DNA from: Eledone cirrhosa
Taxonomy: Eukaryota
Direction: 5' to 3'
NCBI GenBank assembly: GCA_964016885.1
Contig: OZ024743.1
Coordinates: forward strand, 61,442,001-61,506,000
DNA: 64,000 nt
Position numbers and translations under genes: made by a program. The notes under the pieces are model-generated. The model searched no databases and was not told the DNA's origin. It saw only the letters and a program-made list of their open reading frames with translations. The stretch's first letter is position 1, and each line of letters opens with the position of its first letter. This document shows positions 1 to 13,458 of this stretch, one piece after another.

Positions 1-968
1 CGATACTTTCTTTCAATATTTCTTTTTGTTTTATTTAATGCAATTAAATGTCGATGTGATAAGAAATGTTATAAATATTTATTTAACATTTAATTTGTGG
101 AGGTCGCGGCTTTTAGCGCTCACTTTTGCCAAAGTGTTAGTAAAACAGTTTAGCAGATGCTTAAACAGATATTTGTAAATCACATTAGAGTAGAAATGGG
201 AAGACAGAGATCAGAGTCGATGATATCTAAAAGCTGTTCTCAGTGTTAAATATATCTGAAATGTTAGTTTGATAAAAAATACCACAAGACTACAGCTTTG
301 GAAAAATACAATTAACTTTGATAAACATCTCCCTGGAGAGACCTTTAACCATAGAATAAAAGCTTTCAGCTGCTTTATTGCGTTATCTGTCAGATCATTA
401 CATGTTTCGGCTGACAAACCAAGTTATATAAGAGAGCTATAGGAACACCATTTACACATACAAACGTAACGTGATATCTACTATTGAATCACTAAAAGCT
501 ACTTATACAAAACACCCAGAAAACTGACCGACGAAATATGATTCATATATATGTGCTTGTTATATTTCTTTTTTAGCTATTTGAATTCTTCTTATGAATA
601 AGTAGCAGCATTCTCACAAAGAAGGAAAGTTACATTGCTAGAAATTGGCTGACAACGGTAAAGAATTCCATGTTGAACTTTAGGAAAGTCTTAGATATTT
701 TTATTGTTCCGTTTATTTCTACAGTGTATGTAAGAGTCACTGATGAATTTGTTACAATATTATTTCCAGATTTTAATCATCAGTGACGCATTATAGTTAA
801 AATCTTACACTATTAAACTATCCATACGGATGTCGAATAAACTTAAGATATCTGATTTTTCAAATATATTTAACCAGACCGAATATTTCGAATAGAAGAG
901 AATATTTCTAGTGTGCATAATGATATATATGTTAATATAGTTTATATCGTCTTCATCATTAATGTTAA

Positions 969-1160
969 TAAGGCGACAGTATTAGCAGTATCAAACAACA
1001 TGCTTTGTGGCATAGTCACGGCCCTTTGCGTTCTGAGTTCAAATACCGTCAAGGTTAACTTTGTTTTTCAGCCTTACGGGGTCGATAAAGTAGTGCGTTC
1101 GATTTATTCGACTTTCCCCTCGCCTCAAATAGTTGAATCTCTACCTAAATCAGAAACTAT
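969..1160 (+). mobile_element. tRNA-derived SINE (Meta-domain-like family, here called SINE-M)
   Basis: B-box-like GAGTTCAAAT, followed by the body GTTAACTTTG..CCTTACGGGGTCGATAAA that recurs about 10 times in the window. Confidence 0.75.
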
Positions 1161-1519
1161 TATTAATGTTGTTAAAAGGACTAATGACTGTATTACTAAT
1201 ATTTCTTATGCATATGTCTTCATAAACTTATGCATATATATTTGTGGTGAATTGGTTGAATCGTTAGAGTGTTGGATCAAATGCTTCTGTAAACTTATGT
1301 ATGATAAAATATTGTATATGCTTTCACATACGCTTCTATTCGAAATCAGGCTGTGTTAGTGCTACTGATAATTATTTATTTGGTTCAACCTGGCGATAAG
1401 TTTCTTTTCCTTTTTTTATTCAGAGCAATAGATAAGAAGTATTTCTGTATTACTGAATCTCGGACTCAGAATCCGTATTGCAAATTTACCAGATGACAAT
1501 TTTGTATATTTATTTCTCC

Positions 1520-1762
1520 TAAGGTTGGCTATGTGCTACGTATGTCAACGAACAGATCGGTAAGAGCCTTCTTCGAATGGAAGCCAGAAATGGGGAGGGA
1601 ATTAGAGGGAATGCAAACTTGTCAAGACTTGGTTGAAATCTGTGGAAAAAGACCTGATAGACATAGGTCTGGCCTAGGAGCAGGCTCGTGATATGGCTTG
1701 CGACAATGTGAAATGCAGATCTCTCATCACTCAATACTCAATACGGAGCAAAAACAAGTTAA
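1520..1762 (+). mobile_element. Decayed 3' fragment of an RTE-type LINE
   Basis: Manual translation VKTWLKSVEKDLIDIGLA*EQARDMACDNVKCRSLI matches the RTE C-terminal TW..V..DL..GL.W..A..A.DR..WR pattern. Confidence 0.6.
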
Positions 1763-1878
1763 AAGCGAAGATCTCTCCCACAAAAAGTTTTTGTTTTGCA
1801 TCATCTGTTCCACCATCAAATTACGACCTAACATAATAATGTTTTTTTTGTTTATTTTTAACAGCAATCTTTATCAGA

Positions 1879-1880
<2 letters not shown>

Positions 1881-1918
<38 letters not shown>

Positions 1919-1978
1919 TGTTGTTGGTGGTGGTGTTGTTGTTGTTGTTGTTGTTGTTGCTGCTGTTGCTGCTGTTGA

Positions 1979-2009
<31 letters not shown>

Positions 2010-2050
2010 GCAGCAGCAGCAGCAGCAGCAGCAGCATTTCAACAACAAGC
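1881..2050. repeat. Compound trinucleotide microsatellite (GTA)n(GTT)n(GCA)n
   Basis: Directly visible. Confidence 0.95.
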
Positions 2051-2699
2051 ATGACCACAACACAAGGTCATTTAAGTGACACATTTTTAGCCATACAACT
2101 ACCAAGTTCCGTGGAAATATATACACAATGTAATGTTTCCGTATATGTTGTATATATGTATGTGAGAGGGTGTAAGAGGGTGTAAGTGTGTTTGCATGCA
2201 TGTATAATGCGTGTGTGTATGTGTGCGCGCGTGTTAGTGTGTGTGTGTGGAAATAGAAAAGCAGAGATAGAGATCTGTAAACAGTTTAATATGTGTCCGG
2301 TTATGCTTGTATGTGTTCTTGTATGTTCGTGTATTAGTGTGTGCTCGATGTTTGTTGGTGTCTGTGTGTGTGTGCGCGCGCGCGCTTATCCCTAGTGTGT
2401 GACTGTCCACATGTATAGTTGACGTTAATATGTAACAGCTGCATTCAATAATATTCCCTATGTCCATATTTAGAAACGTATTATAAACAGATGTCAACAG
2501 ACTTATTATACACTGGACAGATTATTAATTTATCATTCAGCAGTATGTTTTATAGTTTTTGTCTTTTCATAATAAATACAACAGTAGAGGCACATTACCT
2601 AATGGCAAGGGGGTTGGACTCGCAATCAAAAAAACGTGGGCTAGATTATAGGACCGTGTGCTGGAGAGAAATGAAGCAAGCATGCTCCAGTGGATGTGC

Positions 2700-3049
2700 A
2701 ATGTCAATGTGCGTGACCAAGCTTGGATGAGATGAGAGTGAAACTGTGTATAAGAGCGATACACTGTCGTGTGCAGGAGAGAAGACTGCGTTGGTATGGC
2801 CATGTGATGCGTATGGAAGATGACCGCTGGGTGAAGAAGTGCCAAGAAATCTCGGTGAAAGGAAGACGCAGTAGAAGAAGACCACAAAAAACATGGGCGT
2901 TGGTGGTGAGAGCTGATCAAAGCTTGCTGAAGCTCACAGAGGAGATGATGAGGGACCGTGACTAATGGAGAGATGCTGTGCTGAAGAGGACGCGTATCAC
3001 CCTTGCAGCAGGGAAAAGTCGACGTAAAATGAAGATGATGATGATGATG
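2700..3049 (+). mobile_element. 3' end of an RTE-clade LINE with (GAT)n tail
   Basis: ORF 2723-2965 RRLRWYGHVMRMEDDRWVKK...GRRSRRRPQKTW is the canonical RTE C-terminus; ends in gatgatgatgatg. Confidence 0.85.
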
Positions 3050-3221
3050 TGCACGTTGTGTTCATGAACAAGGCGCTTTTCATGATGGAACTGGTGTTAC
3101 CTATTATTAATACACCTCACAAACCACCAATGAGATGCAATTTCGTAGGAGGCCAATTACACCACCCAGGTAAGTGAGAGCTGTACATTGAATTTCAATG
3201 AATAAGTTATAATTATAATTA

Positions 3222-3390
3222 TTTCTACTTTTGGCACAAGGTCAGCAAATATCCCAGTTCATTACTGGTGCTTAGGATGAAAGGCAAAGTTAACATTGGC
3301 GGGATTTGAACTCAGACCGTTAAGGGCCGTAACTCTATGCTGCAAAGCATGGCGTCCAACCCTCTACCGATACTGCCATTCCACCACCCT
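3222..3390 (-). mobile_element. SINE-M copy
   Basis: Reverse complement of the SINE body (ggatgaaaggcaaagttaac...gggatttgaactcag). Confidence 0.8.
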
Positions 3391-5194
3391 ATAATTATAA
3401 GAACTAGCAGAAAACCACCCCTCGAGTGGTTTTCTGCTAGCATGTGTAGTGTGTATATTGATATTATACGCAAGTATATATACATGTAGATATGATACGT
3501 CAAATAAAATCGTAATTGACAATATACACAGAAATTGAAGAGAGTCTGCTGTGTTACACTATCTTATGTAATCAGTAACGCAATCCATGATACATTAAAA
3601 AAAAAGACGATATTATATATAAACTGCATTAGGAGAAAATTAGTGACAGAAAATTAATATGTTTATTTAAGTGATCGCCACCGGAAGTTTTGACATTTGA
3701 AAATGTCAAAGAAGTGAATCTTTAAATAAATAATAAAATATATTTAATGAACAGCCACGAAATTTAGTAGATAAATTATGTAATTTTCATTCATTATTTA
3801 ATCAAGGTAATCCAACTTATTTTACTAATGGGATAAAAAAATTATAAACCGTACGCAGTCCCGCGCTTCTTCCTTTTTTATAGTTTAGTTGACAAAAAAA
3901 AGGGAAAAGAAAAGAAAGAAGGGACAAGCTCTAGACCATTGGCTGCATGACGTTGAAAAGATGATGAAACCATTGTTGAGGACAGCCAGTGATACCCGTT
4001 GCATCAGTCAATCCATTTCGTCCCGAATTGGTGGAGGGAAACGGCAGATCCCGACTCGAACACACCCGGGTGTTGATAGTAACCCCCAAAACAGTAATTG
4101 ATCAATCCGTTTCTCGGCGTTATGGGCAGCGAAATCCGAAGTTCTGGCCAAAACAATAAAGATGGCACTGTAGAAAACGTTCTTCTTCTTCTTCTTGAGA
4201 GGGTCGTGTGCCCATAGTATCAGAGCTGAGATTTCTCAATTCGGAGAAGTAATGGCTCTACCTGATCTCCTAGCTACGGACTCTCTCGAGTAACGCTTCT
4301 CTAAAGAGCCTTTGGAGGAACCCCATTTCGGCCACTTGCATTCCTGATTGTATTCTTTCGGTCATTACCCAGGGTTCACGATCATAGGTAAGGGTGGGCA
4401 CGAATATCGAATTGAAGATAGCAAGTTTGGCTTTTACACCTACTACCCTTCTGATTACTGAATGCTGAAACTGGCGGATTACTCCACCAACTCCTGCACA
4501 AAAGATTGCGCATCTTGAGACCCCTAAGAGGGTCCGGAAGGGAGCAAACCTTCACTGTAATTGTTGTATTCTGTAAAATGATTCTATTCTGCCTAATTCT
4601 TGTATTGTGTAAAATTAATTTATTGTTTGTAATTTTTGTATAGTTATACTTCCTTTATTTGGTCTAATTTGTCTATACTGCATAGTACTTGCATTCTGCA
4701 TAATTCTTGAATACTGTCTAATTCTTATTATAATCTATATAATTTTGCTTTCTGCATAGGTCTTGTAAAAATAATTTGTAAAATGCTTGTATATTTAAAG
4801 ATCCTCTGTTCTCATAAAGACTTTATAATTCTCCCATTCTCATAATTATTTCATACTTGTAATTTCTATATTCATATAATTCGTGTGTCCTTATTATTGT
4901 ATTCTTTATAATTCTTTTATTCTTATAGTTCTAGCAATCTTTATGATTTAAACATTTTTTATATTCTTTCCAACAGGAAAGGAAAGCCATCTTCATGGAC
5001 GTATGAGTTCTAGCAGATAAGAATGTTTCTCCGAAACAAAGGGAGAAGCTATCGAAATATAAATATCTCGAAATAACCAATATAAAAATCCAAGGTAGAA
5101 ATAACCAAATTGAGAATACTGAGAAGAGAAACAATACGTACAGAATTTCCTGTCTGGAAATATTTAAAAAAAAATTGCAGGGACATACAAATAT

Positions 5195-5416
5195 TGGTTT
5201 CTGATTTAGGCACAAAGCAAAACAATCTTGCGGGGTGGAGAAAGTCGATTAAATCGACCCCAGTGCGTTACTGGTCCTTTATTTTATCGACCCCTATAAG
5301 GATAAAAGGTAAAGCTAACTTCGGTAAGATTTTAACTCAGATAATAAATGGGCCTATCCCTATGCTATAAAGCATGTTGTCCGACGCTCTACCGATACCG
5401 CCAATCCACCGCCCTA
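5195..5416 (-). mobile_element. SINE-M copy
   Basis: tttatcgacccc...aaaggtaaagctaacttcgg...ccgataccgccaatccaccgcc. Confidence 0.8.
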
Positions 5417-5849
5417 AGACATCCAAAAGTTGAGTATGTTCAATGCAATAGAGAAAATACACTGTACATATCCAAAGTACGGAGAAATGGGCTTAGTTTT
5501 GCACGAAAACATGCAGTAAAGATACGATTACTAAAACTAGGTATAAGTTGGGTTAAGGTTTAGAGTGGGTGTGTTTGTGTGTATGTGTTTGTGCGTGAGA
5601 GTGTGAGTGTATGAGTCTGTATGCGGGTGCTTTTGAATGTGTATGCATATATGTATATTTGTGGGCGTGTTTGCGCATGTATGTGCGTGTGTGAAAGTCA
5701 TTCAGAGCGTCGGGTGCTGCGTTGTTAGTCAATGACAAAGCATAGACTAATTCTTCGTTTATGAATCATGTTAATAACTTCACCAACATCACAACCCCAG
5801 CTGAGCTTTCGTAAATACCTTTCATTTTAAGTATATGTATGCATGTATC

Positions 5850-6995
<1,146 letters not shown>

Positions 6996-7267
6996 ATACG
7001 ATATTAACAAATGGAAACTATATTTATAAAACCATATTTATTTCATTATACATATTTTAAGGATACCAAGTTAAATTATGGTATGCCTTCATCAGACAAA
7101 ATACAATATATACCAGTTTTATAAATAAACATTGACGTACCCTTTCAAAATGCGACCGTTACTTTTGGAAGACATCAGGACAGTGGTTTGTTTATTTAAG
7201 TAAGTCGTTGTGTTAAGGATAAGTAAAAAGACGGAGAGATATATACATATACATATACATATAAACA

Positions 7268-7369
<102 letters not shown>

Positions 7370-7943
7370 CATATATATATATATATATATATAAAAAAAC
7401 GCGATAATATTGCTTTTTGCTGAGCTCCGTATTGTAGAGTTTTGTTTCGGAATGTTTTTGACTGTTGTTTCTTGTAAACAAACGTCTCATTCTGACGTCA
7501 CCAGCCCTGTCTTACCACATGTGCGTTTTATAATCACGCATGATGGTGAACTAGCCTGCTTTTAATTCCCTTTTTGGCATATTAATCAGTGAGAAATTTT
7601 GGCTATCGAGTTGAGCTGTGCTGAGGATCGAATTCCAACCGTGACCATCTCCACTGAAAGTTTTCGTGAAATAGTCTTCAAGACTGTACAGAGCATTTGT
7701 AGTTTTTCCAAATTGAAGGATGAGTATTTTAAACTTTATTTTATCCTGAGTTAAGGCTCTATTGATTTTTCCGTGGATTTCACTAAATTCTGTAGAATGA
7801 ATCTATATCCTGATTCTTTTTGAGTTGAGCTTGAATTATTTTTCCCACATCTTACGTTAACTATTTTTCCCATTTTGACGCTATAGTCACTTATATATTA
7901 TGGAATACTATTGGCTTTTGCTACAATATTTTCTATACCTTTC

Positions 7944-7990
<47 letters not shown>

Positions 7991-8025
7991 AAAGAATAGA
8001 GGTGTAACACACAAGTTATTATATA

Positions 8026-8413
8026 TTGGTAAACGGAATAGAAAATGCTGACAAATCGTTCACAGTTGAAAAATGGTTTAATTAGGAATAAAACAGTATT
8101 AGTGATTGTATAGGTTAGTATTCAGTTGTGGTTTTAAGTTTTTAAGTTTTTACCGGTTGCGCATTTCTAAATGCTTTTCAAAAATAATTTTGAGATAGAG
8201 TGTCCGTGATGTTTGCTCAGATCAGAGCAAACAGCACGGACACTCAATCTCAAAATTATTTTTGAAAAGCATTTAGAAATGCGCAACCGGTAAAAACTTA
8301 AAAACTTAAAACCACAACTGAATACTAACCTATACAATCACTAATACTCTTTTATTCCTAATTAAACCATTTTTCAACTGTGAAAAATTTGTCAGCATTT
8401 TCTATTCCGTTTA

Positions 8414-8417
<4 letters not shown>
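8026..8417. repeat. Near-perfect 392-bp palindrome (fold-back element) next to (TA)n
   Basis: ttggtaaacggaatag...gctcagatcagagc...ctattccgtttaccaa; axis near 8221; one arm recurs at 60998-61197. Confidence 0.95.
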
Positions 8418-8463
<46 letters not shown>

Positions 8464-8476
8464 CATATATATATAC

Positions 8477-8540
<64 letters not shown>

Positions 8541-8737
8541 TTCGTATCTGAATTTGTTTAGAAAGATTCTTTATCTGAAATCGTGTGTTGAAACCGATAT
8601 TGTTATACTTTGGGAGGGTCATGTTGCCGATAAGAAACACACGCACCAGTTGTTTCACTTCAATTTAATTTATATTTATAAATTTACAAATTTCTGGTTG
8701 GTTGGTTGGTTCCACAACCAGAGAGTTGTTTATATAT

Positions 8738-8782
8738 AGTCATAGTTCTTTCGTCACACACTCTGTGACCTCTTCAGTGACT
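8738..8782 (-). ncRNA. Minimal type I hammerhead ribozyme motif
   Basis: Minus strand AGTCA-CTGAAGA-G-GTCACA(GAGTG)TGTGAC-GAAA-GAAC-TA-TGACT: stem I AGTCA/TGACT, intact core, 6-bp stem II. Confidence 0.75.
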
Positions 8783-8871
8783 GGGGATTCCATTCTTTGT
8801 TTCTGTGCCTCTCCTTTGTTCTGTCCTACGCCATTTTGTTTCTGTTTTGTTTTGTTTCTGTGTGTGTGTTC

Positions 8872-8967
<96 letters not shown>

Positions 8968-8971
8968 CATA

Positions 8972-9190
8972 TGAAGGCGTGTGGCTGAGTGGTTAGAGTA
9001 TTGGATTCACAATCGTGAGGTTGTGAGTTCGATTCCTGGTCCGGGCGATGCGTTATGTCCTTGAGCAAGACACTTTATTTCACGTTGCTCCTTCTACCTG
9101 GAGTTGCGACCGATAGATAGTATTAGCAATTGGAAAGACCAACGGAAACATAGTTTCCTCGGTCCGATTTGACGAAAGTCGATCGACTAG
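8972..9190 (+). mobile_element. tRNA-derived SINE (CORE/V-like central domain, here called SINE-C) with an atypical 3' part
   Basis: A box TGGCTGAGTGG, B box GAGTTCGATTCC, TGTCCTTGAGCAAGACACTT; near-identical copy at 44735-44950. Confidence 0.85.
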
Positions 9191-9280
9191 AATATATATA
9201 TACATATATACATATATATACATATATACATATATATACATATATATATATAATATATATATATATATACATATATACAT

Positions 9281-9311
<31 letters not shown>

Positions 9312-9323
9312 GTATATATATAT

Positions 9324-9382
9324 ATGATGGCTGCCCCCTCGTTATCGAGTATGGCCATTGCACAATAAAAAAAAAAAAAAAA

Positions 9383-9431
<49 letters not shown>

Positions 9432-9510
9432 GCAACAACAACAACAACGACAACAACAATAATAATATACATATTCATATATATATACACACACACGCAC
9501 GCACATAAGC

Positions 9511-9548
<38 letters not shown>

Positions 9549-10128
9549 GATAGCAACTAACAGTGCTGCGATCGAATGTGGCTTTTTAGCCCAGCCAATG
9601 ATCCAAAATGTCTTGCACAGAGTCGGCAACCAAAACATTTACTGGGAATAGTCGGCTGTGGTTGGAGTTCGTGTACTTTTGCATGTCGCTTGAGTCCTCC
9701 TGCTGATTTACATTCTCTACCACATGTTTGGCAAGCATGATGAGTAGCATCTCCAACAGCAGCCTGGTAGTCAACCACTGGTCTTACCTTATGACTGCGA
9801 AGATGACTTTCGAGTCCAGCTTTGCTTAGGCAGAGTCTCGCACAGACGCTGCATGTCAGAAACATAGGAGGACCCTCGCCGTCTGGAAGTGCAACAGCAA
9901 TACCCTTCCTCACGTCCCGCTTTACTTTCTCGTGTGCGATTCGAGATGCCTCAAAGGCAACTTTTCCCTCATATACAGTCTTTCTCCATTTATTACGATC
10001 AGCAGCAATATTTTCCCATGTATCAGCAGAGATGTTAGCGTCTCTCAGAGAGGCCTTCAAGGAATCCTTATACCTCTTTTTTGGTTTATGTGGCGGTCGT
10101 TTTCCTTTAACCAACTCTCCATAGAAGA
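9324..10128 (-). mobile_element. 5'-truncated RTE (BovB-like) LINE with three C-terminal C2H2 zinc fingers
   Basis: ORF 9557-10114: GKRPPHKPKKRYKDSLKASL..WENIAADRNKWRK, then CSVC..HLRSH, CQTC..HAKVH and CRLC..HIRSQH; 3' stem-loop CTCGATAACGAG before a TA tail. Confidence 0.85.
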
Positions 10129-10159
10129 GTTATACATACACATATATATACATACATAC

Positions 10160-10770
10160 ATGGTGGCTGCCAACTCGTTTTCGAGTACGGCTACTACTTT
10201 ATATCGATGTAGGAGAACCCCTATCGATGCGCTGAACGAGTGTGACTTTTTAGTCCAGCCAGCGACTTGAAAACTCTGGTACAAACACTACACTTGTGAC
10301 AATTATTGACACATAGTGCTGGGCCCATGGTACCATGTGACGACAAGTGCAGAGAGATCTCCAGATATAAAGTAATGCCTGTGCCGTGAAGCTTTTATAG
10401 TGAGCAAAGGCACTGCACAAAGCCACTCCCACTCTCTTATCCAAGATGATATTTACCAAAAAGAAGCACAAGTCAACATCATTGGATACCATCGGGGTTG
10501 CAGGTGTTATATCAGAGTTTTCCTTCTCCTAGAATTCTGCCTTGACAAAGGCTAAGGGATCATCTCTCCCAGTGATTTTAGATGGCCATTGTCTCTTAAC
10601 AGCTCCTTTGCCCTTTGACAGGTTTTGTTTTTAGTCCTGCAGGATGTCCAAAGTCACCCTCCTCACCAAGAAACCTTGGTGGGATTGCCAGTTTAGTCGC
10701 CAACGACCCAACCATGAGACAGGTTGTACTGGGATACATGTTACCAGTAGCACCAACTTGTGACCTGACA
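10160..10770 (-). mobile_element. Non-autonomous bipartite RTE derivative (5' UTR-like part joined to a 3' end), copy 1
   Basis: RTE-5'UTR-like GGAGAAGGAAAACTCTG, zinc-finger relic C..VFKSLAGLKSHTRSAH and 3' end CTCGAAAACGAGTTGGCAGCCACCA; other copies at 11649-12257 and 29372-29991. Confidence 0.75.
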
Positions 10771-10794
10771 TAAATACATACATACACATATACA

Positions 10795-10839
10795 TGATGG
10801 CTGCCCCCTCGTTATCGAGTATGGCCATTGCACGAGGAG

Positions 10840-10895
<56 letters not shown>

Positions 10896-11044
10896 TACAT
10901 ACACACACACACACACATACATTAATAACAATAATGATAATAATAATAATAACAACAATAATAATAACGACAACAACAATAATAATATACATATACATAT
11001 ATATATATATATACACATACACGCACACACATAAGCATATCTAT

Positions 11045-11075
<31 letters not shown>

Positions 11076-11615
11076 CGATAGCAACTAACAGCGCTGCGAT
11101 CGAATGTGGCCTTTTAGCCCAGCCAATGATCTAAAATGTCTTGCACAGAGTTGGCAACCAAATCATTCACTGAGAATAGTCGGCTGTGGTTGGAGTTCGT
11201 GTACTTTTGCATGTCGCTTGAGCCCTCCTGATGATCTACATTCTCTACCACATGTTTGGCAAGCATGATGAGTAGCATCTCCAACAGCAGCCTGGTAGTC
11301 AACCACTGGTCTTACTTTATGACTGCGAAGATGACTTTCGAGTCCAGCTTTGCTTAGGCAGAGTTTCGCACATACGCTGCATGTCAGCACCATAGGAGGA
11401 CCCTCGCTGTCTGGAAGTGCAACAGCAATGCCCTTCCTCACATCCCGGTTTACTTTCTCGTATGAGATTCGAGATGCCTCAAGGGCAACTTTTCCCTCAT
11501 ATACAGTCTTTCTCCATTTATTACGATCAGCAGCAACATTTTCCTATGTGTTGCAGAGATGTTAGCGTCTTTCAGAGAGGCTTTCAAGGAATCCTTATAC
11601 CTCTTTTTTGGTTTA

Positions 11616-11616
<1 letters not shown>
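10795..11616 (-). mobile_element. Second copy of the zinc-finger RTE 3' fragment
   Basis: Near-identical to 9324-10090, with stops and small indels. Confidence 0.85.
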
Positions 11617-11646
<30 letters not shown>

Positions 11647-11648
11647 CA

Positions 11649-12257
11649 TGGTAGCTGCCAACTCGTTTTCGAGTACGGCCACTACTTTATATCCCTGTAG
11701 GAGGACCCTACTGATGCGCTGAACGAGTGTGACTTTTTAGTCCAGCCAGCGACTTGAAACCTCTGGTACAAACACTACACTTGTGACAATTATTGACACA
11801 TAGTGCTGGGCCCATGGTACCACGTGACGACAAGTGCAGAGAGATCTCCAGATATAAAGCAATGCCTGTGCCGTGAAGCTTTTATAGTGAGCAAAGGAAC
11901 TGCACAAAGCCAGTCCCACTCTCTTAACCAAGATGATATTTACCAAAAAGAAGAACAAGTCAACATCATTGGATACCATCAGGGTTGCAGGTGTTATATC
12001 AGAGTTTTCCTTCTCCTAGAATTCTGCCTTGACAAAGGCTAAGGGGTCATCTCTCCCGGTGATTTTGGATGGCCATTGACTCTTAAGAGCTCCTTTGCTC
12101 TTTGACAGGTTTTGTTTTTAGTCCTGCAGGATGTCCAAAGTCAGCCTCCTCACCAAGAAACATTGGTGGGGTTGCCAGTTTAGTCGCCAACGACCCGACC
12201 GTGAGACAGTTTGTACTGGGATACATGTCACCAGTAGCACCAACTGGTGACCTGACA
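11649..12257 (-). mobile_element. Bipartite RTE derivative, copy 2
   Basis: Aligns end to end with 10160-10770. Confidence 0.8.
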
Positions 12258-12279
12258 TACATACATACATACATATAAA

Positions 12280-13061
12280 TATGTATACGTACATACATAT
12301 ATGTATAAAGACGTACAGTTGTATGTACATATATGTATGTACGTATGGATTTATTATAATGCTCGGTGTGTTTTTAAACAAACATCCCGTATTAAGCCGC
12401 AGTGTCTCGCAACCACCCTTGCTCGTTTGTTCAACACTGACAAAGGAAGGTTGTACTAGTTTCAAGCTTGTTAGCTATCGTCAGCAACGTATACCTTCCT
12501 GCCAGATTGTTGAACGTCCGAAAGTATATACTTTCCTTATGCATATTAACGGCTGAGTAGCCCAATTTGCATATCGAGTGGGTTAATCGGACGGGTGCAC
12601 CGAAAACGATAAACGGAAAAAATGAAACGAAATTTCATTTCCCACTCTTAGTACGGCTGTTAGTTAAATATAAGTATGTATACGTACATACATATATGTA
12701 TACAGACGTACTGTAGTATGTATATATATATATACATGCACACACATATATATATGTACGTTGCTGACGATAGCTAACAAGCTTGAAACTAGTACAGCGT
12801 TCCTTTGTCAGTGTTGAACAAACGAGCAACGGTGGTTGCTAGACACTGCGGCTTAATACGGGATGTTTGTTTACAAACACACCGAGCATTATAATAAATG
12901 TTTGGTGAATCCATACGTACATATATATATGTGTGCATGTATGTTTATATACATACTACTGTATGTCTGTATACATATATGTATGTACGTATACATACTT
13001 ATATTTAAGTAACAGCCGTACTAAGAGTGGGAAATGAAATTTCGTTTCATTTTTTCCGTTT
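12280..13061. mobile_element. Complex inverted-repeat unit (Penelope pseudo-LTR-like) with two hammerheads
   Basis: 12345-12490 is inverted at 12757-12920, and 12610-12757 is inverted at 12915-13061. Confidence 0.8.
12758..12800 (+). ncRNA. Minimal type I hammerhead ribozyme motif (inverted copy at 12448-12490)
   Basis: ACGTTG-CTGACGA-TAGCTAACAAGCTT-GAAA-CTAG-TA-CAGCGT; palindromic stem III typical of dimerising PLE hammerheads. Confidence 0.8.
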
Positions 13062-13416
13062 ACATATATATACATAGATATGTGGCAGGGCGTATGTATA
13101 TGCTTGCAAATAAAATACACATGGAAAGAGGCGAGAAAAGAATAATCTTCTTATCTCAGATTTTAGAAAAGATTCTTTCCAGATTGTTTGAAAAAATACA
13201 GAAAATTGCGATTCTTTAAATATTTAAGTCGAAATTAGTAAAATGTTGATCTTGGAACTGTTTTCTATCTTGGCACAAGCATCGTGAAATCCTCCTGAAA
13301 ACAACATTTCATAACATTGAGCGGTGTTAGTGCATATTATACACATATGGCTATATGTGGGCATTTATATGTATATAAATACATATATATATATATATAG
13401 AGAGAGAGATAGACAA

Positions 13417-13458
<42 letters not shown>

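Noticed and set aside
913-1359. 148-aa ORF
   Set aside because: Runs through a SINE; GTG start and no domain-like motifs
1698-2201. PolyQ, polyV and polyN ORFs
   Set aside because: Products of a compound trinucleotide microsatellite with no flanking coding signal
4215-4230. AGTATCAGAGC as a tRNA-Met PBS
   Set aside because: Lacks the TGG start, and no adjacent LTR pair or gag-pol was found
8972-9045. tRNA genes at SINE heads
   Set aside because: A/B boxes are present, but they continue into SINE bodies and lack a full cloverleaf
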